DNA from: Trichinella spiralis
Lineage: Eukaryota
Length of the DNA: 62,214 nucleotides
Direction: 5' to 3'
NCBI RefSeq assembly: GCF_000181795.1
Contig: NW_003526941.1
Span: forward strand, 1,370,908-1,433,121
Below, in pieces: positions 1-13,525 of the stretch. A program made the position numbers and the translations under genes. The notes under the pieces are model-generated. The model was given only the letters and a program-made list of their open reading frames with translations, was not told the DNA's origin and made no database searches. Each line of letters starts with the position of its first letter. Positions within the stretch are counted from its first letter, which is position 1.

Positions 1-80
1 CGCAATTTCATTGATTGCAGACAATATAGATATGAAAATTAATTAAAATGAACAAAATGAATTGCAGTTTTCATGTAGTA

Positions 81-541
81 TTGCATTATTTCCTTCTATA
101 AATGCAACCGCTTCTATCAGGCAATTTTGCCAAATATCTCATTAAAGAATCAATTGCGCAAAATTGAGAGTATTTAAAATTAATAAGATTAAAATACTGT
201 TTCCATATGCGAGGAAAGAATTCAATAATACATTGTAATTCCCTGGAGGCACGCCTTTTGTTTTACATAGCTTATATGCAAATATGTCGAAAATTAGAAT
301 AAATACCAATCATAGGCGCATTATATTTTCATAAATTGTTAATTTATTTTATTTTCACCCTTGAATTTAATTATTTTGACAAAACACAACATTTAAAACT
401 CATTTGCATAAGCGCATTTCATTATGACGAACAAAGCTAAAACTGAATCAAAGAGCAACATTCTTGGTATCATCGAGATGCGCAATGAGTAATGAAGATC
501 ATGAACAGCGTAGAATTCCATGAAATGATTGTTTTTTGATG
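81..541. repeat. Diverged duplicated segment, copy 1 (paralogous to about 1491-1723)
   Basis: Colinear shared blocks, e.g. caaatatctcattaaa, tgtttccatat..gaggaaagaa and gatcatgaacagc, occur in both copies. Copy 1 has an extra stretch of about 240 nt between blocks. Confidence 0.7.
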
Positions 542-841
542 ATAACAAGCGTTCCGAAGGTATACTATAGACTCTCAGGTATTAATAAACATTGACAGTC
601 ATAGCTGGAAAAATTCTTTTCTATTGGACGAATTAAATGAGATAGGTCAGTGAGAAATAAATAAATGGAAGATTTTATGCACATCTGAAAGCACAGTTAC
701 ACAACTTTTTTTTAATTTATTCGAAATGGACGGAAAATGAAGGGAAAATCAAGTTGCCCAAAACAAGGAAATATTGAACAAGAGTGCAAAATGTGAATGA
801 ATACCTCATTATAATGGCGAAAAAGTTTCCTATACAAAATT

Positions 842-1277
842 TCAACCACCCTTCTTCCATTTCAAGGGAGTTCCAGTATGGCGGCTTTCCTGTGTATTAA
901 GATAGGCACATGGCAACTTTAGAGGCCATTTATTCGACACGTACGGGTTTATTTGCCGTAGAACTTTCCAGAACCTTCTGATTTATTAGAATTTAGCCAT
1001 ATATAACAAAAAAAGCGAAATTTGTGTCAAAAGCCTACCTTCGAAAATCGCAAAAACAGCAAAGGCTATAGCCTTGCTTTTTTGAAGCGTCGAAAATTTT
1101 GATTTCTTCTGAAAATGATATCGGTTGATTAGGAAAATTTTCTGAATCATGACAAACCTTGTGACACCATGCATGGAAGCGTATTTGTCGAGATATTGCC
1201 AAAAATGTTGTAGGATGATGCGATTTTAGCGGAGACTTCAGCGATGGAGTCGAAGCCTGCGCTCTTGATAGTACATC
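842..1277 (-). CDS. Possible 3' exons of a small lineage-specific hypothetical gene
   Basis: ttctag acceptor at 1277, open frame DVLSRAQ...CCFCDFR, AG|gtaggc donor, then aatcag acceptor and an in-frame exon RRFWKVLRQ...KWKKGG*. No homology recognised. Confidence 0.3.
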
Positions 1278-1490
1278 CTAGAATTGTATTTAATTAGTAT
1301 TTATACATAAATTTCAACTATTATCCGCGAGCAAAAGTTGCTGATTGCAATAACATTTGTGCCTGACTTTCTCTTTTGTAATATAGAATCCCCCTTTAAT
1401 TTTAAATTTTTTTGCGCAATTTAATTAAGTATGATATAGTAGTGAGAATGATTGAAAATAAAGCGTTTTATTTACAGTTTATATGCAATC

Positions 1491-1723
1491 TTGTATTATT
1501 TCCCCCTATATCCGACGCATCTGTTATCAGGGAATTTTGTCAAATATCTCATTAAATAATTAATTGTGTATTATTAATAGTTTCTGTAATTAATAATTGT
1601 ACAATATTGTTTCCATATATGAGGAAAGAACTGGTGATACATTGCACTTCCGTTGAGGTCACGATCACCAGTATGATTGAGATCATGAACAGCATCGTTT
1701 TCGATGAAATTATTATTTTTATG
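1491..1723. repeat. Diverged duplicated segment, copy 2 (possible pseudogene of a small minus-strand ORF)
   Basis: Same colinear blocks as 81-541. The minus-strand frame open in copy 1 is frameshifted and stopped here. Confidence 0.6.
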
Positions 1724-2823
1724 TACAAATAGATATCCAAAGTGTATGTTAAGAAACTGATGTATTAATGTTTGTTAGCAGTCATAGCGATCGAAATTTT
1801 GAATTATTATGACAAAATATAGCATTTGAAAATCATTTTGGAAGTGTCATTTTACATATTATTGTCACCACATTAGGTTTTTCTAGTTGAAAGTACAGTC
1901 TACGACTTCTAGTACAGTCCATGATAATATTGCTATTTTGGGCTGAACGGATTTTTGACGTTCTGAAGCTGGTTTGGGAATGATCACTCTTCCTGTATCA
2001 CGCTTTGTAAATCGGAAATTTACGGTAGAATCCTTCTGAGACTGTCTATTGTTCTACTTACATATGCATACTGAATGTTTATATCGCCCCAACATGACTT
2101 AACAAAACTCTGAATGCAGACGAGCTACAAAAATGTATCACCGTGCGAGACTGGATAGAATATAATTGCGGACCTGTTGTTGATACGTCCATTCTCAAAT
2201 TTGAATTTTATCTCTTGATTTTTATAGATTAAATGATATATGTATAGCATATAATAGCGTGGCTTGTCAAATGCCTGAAAATGTTATATTTTCCCTCTCT
2301 GTTGTACCTGAGAGCCGCTCTTATTGACAGCTGGCGATTAATGAACACCACTGTATTTAATTTGCCATTGGAGTTTCACTGTAAAATACTTACTTGCTTG
2401 CTAAATAAAACAAATGAAATGCACTAATTCATTCACGATTTTCTGGGTTAATAAGGGTCAAATTCGGAATAATACTACCTCAATATCTCGTTGTCTTAAA
2501 TTACTGAAACATGGTCTCGTTTTTCCATTTCCTCCTAACACTATCCATTTCTCACTGTTCACAATGACATGCTAGATCGTTATGTTACAGGACTGCCATT
2601 TGATAGTTTATGAACAACAGAAGCTGCTAAATACGCTATTGTTCCGTGAATAATCTTTTACACTGTGATCATGCTTCATTGCGTGGAAATGCTTCAAATA
2701 AACAACTTGACCATCAACGAACACAAGCAGCACGCTGCACATTCACAGACCAGTACGCAACACAGCGGCTATTGAGTTGAATTTAATGTGAATAATGGCA
2801 TCAAAGTTTGTTCTGCTTTCAGT

Positions 2824-4751
2824 TTATATTAAAGTTAGACCCAAAATCAAACCAATAACCAAACCAATGAGAATAATTCCAACAATTAACCAGACAAGTT
2901 GAGTAAAGTCTTTGCAGCAGAAGAGAAAACAAGCGCTGGGCTGCTCTTCTTCGTATAACTTTTTCAACTCTTGATTTTGATGATACAATGCTTCATCAAA
3001 TTTATGCTTTTTCATATCAAGGCCAACTGTTGAATCGTAATGATCATACATTTTGAAACCACCGTTTTGCAAAGGCACAGCAGTAGATATCTGCATTTGC
3101 TTATCTGGCGCTGAAAATGGAACGAATGGACCGCCATACGGCGGCATCAACGATGTTTCCATCCCTGCCCTGGGCAGAGCATTCACGGGTATTGGAACGG
3201 GCATCATCTTTTCGTTACGATTAATCGGAGGCGGCATCAGAGGAGGCATGCTTCTGAAATCTGGCACAAATCCGTCCATGCAATCCAAGCTGTTCGAGCG
3301 TTTCATCGGTTTCCGTTTCTGTTTTTTCATCTCTTGGTACGAATGCATTTCCAAGTCTGTGTGCGGAAAGTTCATTAGTCCAGGTGAAAATGGCCCATTC
3401 ATCATCGGCGGTGACATGGCTGCTCCGGGCGGAAACGTGGATGGTGGCGGAGGGAGAAAAGGCGCGAACGGGGGAAAGGGAAATAAAAAAGGAGGTACCA
3501 GACCGGGGAATGAAATTCCATCTGCGACCGGAAACGGTGGAAACATATTACCAGGCACCTGAGCATTCGGAAACGCTTGTTGCGCAACAAGATCCATGCA
3601 AGGTGGGGACATTGGACCCCCGATTCCAGGTGGCCTATACAATTCCATCGCGCGATTCACAGCAACGGTGTCTTCATATGGAACAACAATTCCATTGTTA
3701 GCCTCCTCTTCCGGAGGACCACATTCTAAAATTCGATTCGCAGCTACTCTGCCACGTTGACGAGCTACCTCGTTCAAACAGTAGTCGTCGTAATCCCTAA
3801 AGCAAATGAAAATAATTAATTAAAATCACCGTTCATTCTCATTCTCACACTAATTCACGAAAGCGATGAAACAGCAACAACTATCGACAGTCAGGTGAGA
3901 AAAGTTAAAACCAAACGCTGTACACTTACAGTATAACATTTGAATAAAAAACGCTTTGAATAATAAATACATTTCAGTTTTGACTTTAAAAGTTGTCAAA
4001 TTATTATAAAGTTTAATTATTGCAAAACAGACAAAATCTTTCAATTTAAGCCCCTATTTTTGTATTTTGAATTTTTAATTTCGTCAAAAAGCTTTGAAAA
4101 TAAAAAATGTCACCCGCATAAATGCTACTACTGCATAAATTTTTTCAATCATTACTGTGGGTTTCTCATTTTATATAAGTCAAGTAAAATGAACACTGAT
4201 CATTTTGATGAGCAAATAATTTTTTTTTCATTTCACTGCTATTAAATCACTGGGAGAATTTTGGGCCAACCTTCAAACCATATCGTACTAGTGTAGTGTC
4301 TACTGTAGCGCAGAACAAAATCAATGCAGCTGCCAATCTATGAACCTTATTAAATTCATAAAAAAGATCAGAAATCTTAACTGAAAATTTGCATTACAAC
4401 CCATTCCCAACATCAATAAAACGTAGAAAACAATAATGAAACAAAAAGAACAGAATATTCAAAAAACAATTTTGATATTAAATATTGCTTCGTGCACCTT
4501 CGTGTTTGCAAATATAATTAAAAATTAATGCCGTTTTACAATCGCTGCATAGTTTCTGCAAATGTTGCATTTTTACAAAAATTTCGAAGAAAAGTATGCT
4601 TGCCCAATAGGCCTACGAAAGAATACAGAATACTGTTCACTTTCATTTAACAAGAACATTTGCATAAAGATTAGCGATAAATCATGTGACATGTTGTCGG
4701 GAGGGGGGGGGGAAGAATGGTAAAATTAAGGCAAAAATTAACCTTTTTTAA

Positions 4752-4786
<35 letters not shown>

Positions 4787-6154
4787 CACAAAAAGTAAAG
4801 CAGAAATTGAATGAACATGATCGAACATAAATGAATAAACACTGAACTTACCGTTTAGGAATGAGTGGGGGCGAATCAGAAGACGCGGCGATCATTTTGC
4901 TACCAACATCTTCGTTGGCTTCTCTCCAGGAACGCACTTTCATTTCACGTGACCCGTAATTGAACGCTTCGTTTATCTGAATGGCAATAATATTAATAAT
5001 GAATCAGCTTTGAACTGAATTCAATTTAACCATCGAATGCAGAATATAGTATATAAATGCACTCCTTTATGCTCATTGCTGTGACAAACAGTTATTCGCT
5101 TTTTAGCAGTGAGTGATGATTCCTAATCGAACAATAACACTGTGAAACAATTTTGCTAAATTATGTTTATGTTTGCGCAATATCGTTGAAGAAAAGACAA
5201 AAAAGCCGAATTCACTCAAGGCGAAATTTAAAATAAACCGAACAAAATGTGGAACGTTGTTGTCAGATAGATGGTGAGTGTATTTGTTGTTGTCGTTGAA
5301 CGAAAGTATTTGAAATTGGCATTCCAATTTTCATGATATTCATCAAATCAGGACGCTGTTAAAAACATCAAAATTGAGCGGTCAAAGGTACGAGAAGGGG
5401 CCAGTCATTAAAAATCCACATCAATTGCTGAACACGCATAAATACAAGCTATTTTCAACTTACAGTAGACAGAGTTGTAAAAGTAAGTTGAAAAATTAAA
5501 TAATCAGAAATATTCAAAGATATCAATGTTGCAGTGATAGATAATTGATCCGTAGCAAGCAAGCGAGAAGAAGAAGAAGAAGAAGAAAATGCAAATAAAT
5601 GAAAAAAAAATATTTTGACCTTGTTCAAGATCCAGTTTACAAAATCGAACATGTTTACAAGATACGCGTTGGAAAAGCCAGAAAAGCATTAGCAAAGAGT
5701 GTGCGCAGCCGCTTACCTGTCCATTGTTGAAGTGGGAGCGTATCGGTTGCTGCTGCCCCAGGCATCTGACGTAGGACGCTTGTTGATCGTCTCGACTGTC
5801 GCAAAAACTTGCCCGAGAAGTATCCACATACCTTGGCGTGTGCACGACACTTCTTGAACAAATTGTTAAAAATTTACAACAATTACAAACACTTTTCAAG
5901 AATAGTAGAAATCAAGTCGAGTTCGAACAGAAAAAAAAGATGAATAAATAATACAAAAATGTGATTATCTTTTCAATAAACAATATATACCCAACATCGC
6001 TGGGTGCCATTTCGGTGATTATGGGTGAAGTGACCACCAATTCGGCAGCAGTTGAAGAACGGCCGGTTGTCGCCCAGCATGGTACGGGCATGCGAGGAGG
6101 GGGTCTCGGCGACGCGTACGAATGCATGTATGGATCGGTTTGGAAAGGTAGCAT
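2824..6154 (-). CDS. Proline-rich protein with a C-terminal transmembrane helix (tail-anchored), unknown family; 4 exons
   Basis: Exons of about 6154-5991, 5855-5717, 4976-4852 and 3795-2824 join in frame at GT-AG sites (MLPFQTDPY...SDVG|SVVHTPR...NNGQ|INEAFNY...IPKR|DYDDYCLNEV...). Ends ACFLFCCKD followed by LVWLIVGIILIGLVIGLILGLTLI*. Confidence 0.75.
4756..4783. repeat. (AT)n microsatellite (intronic)
   Basis: Direct dinucleotide run. Confidence 0.95.
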
Positions 6155-6699
6155 CGTCGACGATGGGGATCCAAGCAGGAGGGGAAAATCGAATTAACAG
6201 AAGCAACAGAGCAGAGAAAATGCAAAACGAAATGCAACCGAACTCGCGTCGCGTGTTCTCTCTTTGCAATAATACCGGGGCAGTGTTGTACAGAGTTGGC
6301 AAATTTAAAAACCGACGCCGGTCGCGTTTCCAGCCGTTGCCAAGGTGAACCACTGACCAGAAAAAGCCGGTTTGCATTTTGGAAGTAGAAGAATCTAATG
6401 ACACGCCAAAACGACAACCGCAACGTCGCGTTGACAACAACAGCAAATTTGCGAACCGTGTGCGTGATTGGAGAAGAAGATTAAGCTGTGGAAAATTGAA
6501 CGACGTGTCGGTTGCAAGTGTCACGACGCTCTGCTGAAGCTTACACGGTCGACCGGTCAACGGCCAAAATTATGCAAGCTGTACGTACGAGAAAATGTAG
6601 CAAATTTCAAAACCACTCCGCACAACCAACCGCCGCACACCACGAACAAGCAAAAAGCGTCCGACAAAATTCCTCGGCGTACTTCGAACTTCAAACGCA

Positions 6700-6721
6700 T
6701 CTCTCTCTCTCTCTCTCTCTC
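6700..6721. repeat. (CT)n/(GA)n microsatellite upstream of the proline-rich gene
   Basis: Direct dinucleotide run. Confidence 0.95.
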
Positions 6722-7325
6722 GGTTTCTGTACTTCTCTTTTCTTACTGTAGCTCCAACCTCGTAGTGACCAAAAAAAATTTGAATAACTTACTTCCGACA
6801 CTGTAAATGAGAAACATTTCGATCAAACTGACACATCAGCGAATTATTGCGAGCAAAATGAAAAGTAATATAACTTTAAAAAAAATTAATCAAAACAATC
6901 AATACTCTCAAAAAACAAATTTTACAAAATAAATTACAGTATTCATTGTTCTTCACAATAGAATTACAACTTCTCATACTGTGGCAACCTGAAAATTAAT
7001 AAGCAAACAATACAGACTTCCCTCCAAAAAATCATTTTAGTTTATAAAAAAATTGTTAATCTTTATTAATATTCGAATTGTTTCGACAATCGACACTTCA
7101 CTCAGTGCACTTTACGACAAATTTCCAACGTCTCGTTTCACTGTTCATATGAATAAATTTTTTCAAAAGATTTTTGCAAAATTTTGCTCGTGTGCAATTT
7201 TCATCTGAAATAACGTTAAAATTTCAAAAACATAAACAAAACAACTGAAACCCGTTTGGATGCTATTTATTTTTCCAAGCTTCAATCGCTCTGCAAAGTA
7301 GCATCACAAATGATCAAATGCACTA

Positions 7326-9846
7326 CTATTGGGTAGATTTTTCTGTAGCTGATTTGCTCCCTCTCTTTGCTGCCTGTTCGACTTTAGGAGCCGGTTTCAC
7401 GAATGGAATGAAATCTTTGTAATCTATAAATTCATAAATATACATCAAAAACAACAAATTTTTATCACCAAACAAATATAATTATAATGTAAATTAAACC
7501 ATCCGGCATGTATTGTCGTAAAGCTTCGGGAACTGCAATGCCATTTTCTTCTTGAAAGTTCTCCAAAATAGCACATATTGTTCGTGTTGTTGCGCACATC
7601 GTGCCGTTCAACATGTGCACAAATTCTGCCTAAAATTGATTCCATTTTACAAACTATAAAATTTCATAAAAATAAATAATTTACAACAAAACTAGCAACA
7701 ACAACTAAAAAGCTTGCCTTAGCCATCATCTTTTTTGTTTGACCATAACGAATACGCAATCGCCTGGATTGATAATCAGTACAGTTCGAACAAGACACAA
7801 GTTCCCTGAAAGCCCCAGAACCAGGAAACCATGCTTCCAGGTCATATTTCTTTGCCGCCGCATTGTTCAACTCTCCTTCAATTATCTCATTTTTTCATTT
7901 ATTCCAAATAATCATGATAATTTAATAAGTTGAAAATGAATTTACAACTGTTACCTGATACAATACTGACAACTCTGTATGGAATGTTCAAAGTCTGATA
8001 AAACATTTCTGCATTCGAAATCATTTCTTCTAACATTTCCCACGAAGCGTCATCATGTGGAGAAGTGATGCAAAACTGCTCAACCTATAGAAGCAACAGC
8101 GACCGAACTCAAAACTAAGCAATACACAATCTCTCACGTAAATATGATCCTCACCTTTTCAAACTGATGAACTCGAAATATGCCACTAGTATCCCGTCCA
8201 TGGGAACCAACTTCTTGTCTAATAATAAGAGACGATAATTTGTAAAAACTACTTTAACAATAAATACATCAAATAATCAAATTACACTAATCTATTCATT
8301 TCATTTCACTGCAACATAAGTAAAAAATATTTACTCAATTTCAATTGAAATCAAAATTTAATTTCATGAAAATATTAAAGCCGTTAAAATTAATTCAAAA
8401 AATAAAAATTATTTTATTAAGTACAAAACAGACTTATCTTTTAAAATATATTAAAAAAACACATTTGAAAAATAACCATGTAATTAAAAAACAAATAATA
8501 GTAATAAAACGCACAGTACCGAAAACATGTAGAAAATCCAACATAACGAAGCGGAAGAGATTCTTTAGAAATCCACTCGTCGCGATGATAAGCGGCGATC
8601 GGCTGCTCACTTGTAGCAATCAAATATTTCTCTTCTTCTGCTATCTCTTCCTTTACCTCGCTAGACTTTCCTATCACCTGCAAATCGCATTGAATGAACA
8701 TTTTACATTATCAAAATTCATCAATTATTGCATCAACAGCATTCTCTTCCTTTGTCGATTAATTAAGAATTATAAAACAACTCTATTACACAATAATTTA
8801 AAAAACAAAGAAAGATAATTTACTTTATACAACTGGTCATCAAAATCACTGAGTTGAGCAACCTCCTGCATCACTTCTTTTCGCATAAAAAATGGAGTAT
8901 ACAATGGAGTGTACTTCTTCTTAAATAGCATGTGCATTGCTAGTTGAATCAAAGCTTGCTCCAGAAATACCAACGGACCCTATCCAAAACAGTTCAAGGC
9001 ATCTTTAATTTGTAATAAATACTGTCAGCTTTACTTTGAGAAAATAGCCACGGCTACCAGCGACAGAACAACCTCTTTCACTGTCATAACCGTCAACCAT
9101 GATGCCCAAGTCCACTTGCGAATACTTTTTGCGCACTTCTAATTCTCCCCACGTCCTCACTATTTCATTATCATCCTGATGAAAATAAATAATTAAATAA
9201 CAAAAACATAATATACAAACAATTTAATGAAACCTCGTTTTCGCTAACTGGAACAGAATTATGCACCAAATTGCCAATTTGACTCAGCGCTTTGAAACGA
9301 ACCGCTTCTAAATTTTCCACCAGTTTATATGATTTTTCCATTTCATGATCAATCAATAATCGAAGCTGCTTTATCTGACTCACTGATAAAGCCTAATAAA
9401 CATTCATGGAAAAATAAAAGAAAAAACGTCAGAAAAAAACAATAAATACCCGAATTTGATCTACAGTCAATTTCTGAAGCTTGTCCGTCAAAGAATCCGG
9501 AAGGGTGCTATTACCATCAACTGGCTCTTTTCTCTTAAAAAATCACTTTGATAATAATAACAAGAATAACGTCTCTTTTACTTTAATTTTTTCTCCAATT
9601 TCTTTACTGCATAAATTTTTCAATCGATTCCATTCATCCGATAGATAGCGAGCTAAACATTCGCTTACAGTTTATTAAAAAGTTATCCGCATCAAGGCAG
9701 AAAAACATACAACGCCGCCACTCTTGATCCGTTTCTACCACTTGATCAACTAAATCAACTGATTGGAAGCGCTTCTGCTGACTAACTCTTACTGCCTGCA
9801 CATTTCCGCCTTTTTCAACGCGAAAATTATCCAAATCGAGAACCAT
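7326..9846 (-). CDS. SARS1: Cytoplasmic seryl-tRNA synthetase, multi-exon
   Basis: [10 protein letters not shown]-terminus; [14 protein letters not shown]; motif 2 [59 protein letters not shown]; motif 3 [21 protein letters not shown]. Confidence 0.97.
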
Positions 9847-10942
9847 TGTTAACAACAAAACAATTAATGCCTACATTAAATACAACGTATAAAGATTTAT
9901 TTTATCAAATATTCAAAGATTTTCTGAAAACTGTAAAATATATAAATCTCAGTATTACCTAATGCCAAACAATAAAAACAGTTAATCAATCTAAATAAGA
10001 GAAAACGACAAATGAACGTGTGCAACACTTGATGACAGTCATACCAAAAGATGTAATTTTCAGGTACAAACAATTCTAAAACAAAAAAATAAATGAATAA
10101 TATGAAATTTTAAAAACTTGCTTGTTCATTATTAAAATTAATTTGTTCAAAAACACCATCTTTGTTAAAAAATAAAATATTTTAAAATAACTGTATTTTA
10201 CATATATCATTTATTTTCTTGTCTTTAATGTATTTTTATCCAATGTAAAATTTATTAATTTAAGAACAATTTTTGAATTTCAATTAATCATGTTTAATAA
10301 AAGTTTACCTAGCTTTTAACTTGAAAGTCATTTTCTCCATTGTATCTCACGTTCGTGATTGGAACATTTTATTGACGCATGTAGTATACATTTTTTCTAT
10401 AAAGAATTGAATTTTATTTTCAAAACAAAAATATTAAACGGTATGTATATTTTATGATTTATATCTGCTTTTCATGTCGATGTTCTCTTACTTAAAACAA
10501 ATGTTGGGACAATAAACGTCGTGGTGTACTGTACTATTAATGATCTTAATTGAGCAACACCAGTTTTATCAATCTTATTTGATTATTTTTTTCAGTGAAA
10601 GGAATTGATAAATTTTGTTGATAGTAGAGTTGAGTTCTGTCAAGTTAGTGAAAAGTTAGATGGCTGCTAAATCGATAGCTTATTGAGCCATACTTGATAG
10701 ATTTCGCATTGTCGGTCTGCGACTAGTTGATCAGTCGTTGAAATGGCTTTACATTGCTTATATAGCGCAACAGATGTGTTATTATATTTCTATGTTTTAT
10801 TCAAATAGAAATTATTACACGTATAAATTAATTTAAATTTGCATGAGCGTTTTGTTGAATTTAATTGTTTACATCTGTATGTGAACATGCGAATTTGTTT
10901 CCAGACGCTGCATTGGTCTTACAGCTCCAGTTAAGTGCAGAA

Positions 10943-13158
10943 ATGGATAAATCACCGAAAAGAACAAATCCAGTGACAACTACTTTATCACTTGTGACTT
11001 TTATGCGTAAGTTTATAGCTGACGTGAAGCAGAATGAAAAAGCAGCAGACAACATTTACAGTGATTATGCTCTTCAGTTTTTGGTAATTTATTTATTTTT
11101 ACGTTTCAAATGGTCCGATTTTGTACTTATTTTTTAATTAAATTGTTATTATAGAAAATTCGATTGGAAAGTGATGAATTTCGTGATTTGTCTCAATTTT
11201 CTTCTGAAATAGGAGCAAGAAAAGAAAATACGTTCAAAAATCGCTATCGTGATATTCTTCCGTGTAAGTGAATAAAGTAGCAGTTCGACTAGCATTTTTC
11301 ATTTCATCAAATCCTACAACTTTTTATACTGTCGGGCACATTCGTCACTTATTATGCAGAATTGAAAACTAGATATAAATTTGGTTGAACTAGTTTCTTT
11401 TGTATATTTTTTTCATTAAGAAATTTCTTCTTACTTGCATCATACTTTATAGAAAATGTACGTCTACTTTTGTTTTTTGTAAATATGCTGAGCTATTCAG
11501 TTCTGATTGGTATTTTTCTGATCACCTTTCCATTATGTTTAAAACTCGCAAAGTTTGTTTTCCAAATTGCGTTGCTTCTAATTCATAGCTCTGATGTTGT
11601 TAACTCGTAATTGCAGTGATCGATTTATTTTATGATTAGTCATGGGTACTGTATTTGATTGTCAGGTAAAGTGCAGCATAGTCCACTTTGATTTACTTGT
11701 ATTTAATTTCAGATGAAAACGCAGAATCAGTAACAGAATTTAGATTAATATTAATTAACTTATTATTTCTAGATGATTACAACCGCGTGAAACTTCTTTC
11801 TGGTGGCTCTTCATCTGATTATATTAATGCCAGCTATTTGAATGTGAGGAAAGGAAATTTTCATTTTGAGAATGTTAAATATTTGCTGGTGAAAATTCTT
11901 TTTAGGGTTGCAATGGTAAAGTTGCTTACATTGCCACTCAAGGACCTTTGGAAAATACTTGCGATGATTTTTGGGCCATGGTAGTGCAAAGTCGGTGTAG
12001 AACGATTGTCATGCTTTGTGAGTTGATTGAAGATGGAAATATAAAGTGTTTCAAATACTGGCCAGGCCTTAGGGACAAAAAGCAGTATGGCAACGCAAGG
12101 GTGTGTTTGGTATGTGATTGTGTGAACTGATTTGATACGAGTTTATTTTGTTCTTTTATTTTTCAAGTACAACCTCTTTTTCAGGTGGAAGAAAATCGAA
12201 TAAATCGACATTTCACTGTGCGTAAGCTGACCATACGTGTTGATAATGAAAAGCGCGATTTGAAGCAGTTTCACTTCCATCAGTGGCCGGATCACAGCAC
12301 ACCAGAAGAGGTTGAGCCGTTGATCGAATTTTTACGACTCGTTCGCGAACATCAGTCCGAATCCTGCACTGAACCTGTTGTTGTACACTGCAGGTTGAAT
12401 TCCATTATTTTATCGATTGTGATTTTCAAATTTCAATTTACAGCGCTGGTTGTGGACGTACTGGCACATTTTGCGGCTTGGACTATGCTTATTGTTTATA
12501 TAAAAGTGGCAAGCTAACCGAAGAATTCAGCATTTATAAACTGATCTTTGACTTTCGTCGTCAACGATCATCAATGGTTCAAACACGGGTAATGAAGATG
12601 AACGAACATTGATTATTGTTTAAAATGAAGTTTTCCATTGTATCACAGTAATTATTTCTTTTTCATTTTACAGGAACAGTATGTTCTGCTACATCAGTCA
12701 GTGTGCATTTTATTCGAACAATTTTTGGCAGATCTCGGCTTGGATGCCGTGAGATTTTAATTATTGAAGATTCTGGTGATGATGCCTTGTATAAATACTC
12801 CTTTTTTTAATAGAATATTAAAGATACCGCAGTGGAGTGTGCCACCGGCAGCGGGGAAGGTAAACAAGAAGCAGGTTCGAGCTGTGATATAAAGAAAAAA
12901 AGTCCAGTGCAAACGGTGACTCTGTGTCCACCTCCGAAATCGAAAAAGGTCATCAGTAAAGAAGACGCGGATTCGTCTGTGGAAGGAAATTCTAAGGGCC
13001 GTTTTGCTGCTGATGAGAACTCGTCTACACAGCAGAATGGTGGTTCGGAATCAGTTGAGTTCGACGATGACGATGATGATTCAAGTAATATTTTATATAC
13101 ATTTTTAAACAGTTTTGAAAAGATATTATTTTTTTTCTCAGACGCGTCTACTGAATGA
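10943..13158 (+). CDS. Non-receptor protein tyrosine phosphatase, PTP-PEST (PTPN12/18/22)-like
   Basis: KNRYRDILPYD, DYINAS, YIATQGPL, WPDH, HCSAGCGRTG (split by an intron) and MVQTREQY motifs. N-terminal PTP domain followed by a short acidic, Ser-rich tail. Confidence 0.9.
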
Positions 13159-13525
13159 GAAGTCACGGAAAGAGAACAGGTCAAAAGTCGTACAATATAG
13201 ACGAGCAGAAATTATCCTACGTTTCCTTATAAGTATATATATACATATATATTCTGAAAAATGGAACAGCTCAATGGAATCAAGCCATTGTTTTTTTTAT
13301 AGCGTCACAAAATGTTTGACAAATTTTTAACAATTGTCAGTCATCACTATTTATCAAGCTTAATAAATAAATCTGCACACTTGAAGTTATTTTTAATACA
13401 GAGTGGTAAATTTGAAACTTTTAAATCACATATATCAATCATTTAAAAGAAGAAAAAAAGTCGACAATTATATAATTCATATTAATCAATGGAGAATTGT
13501 GAAGAATATTTAAAATGACCAGCAA

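Noticed and set aside
3053..3701. Gly-rich plus-strand ORFs
   Set aside because: Antisense shadows of the Pro-rich exon.
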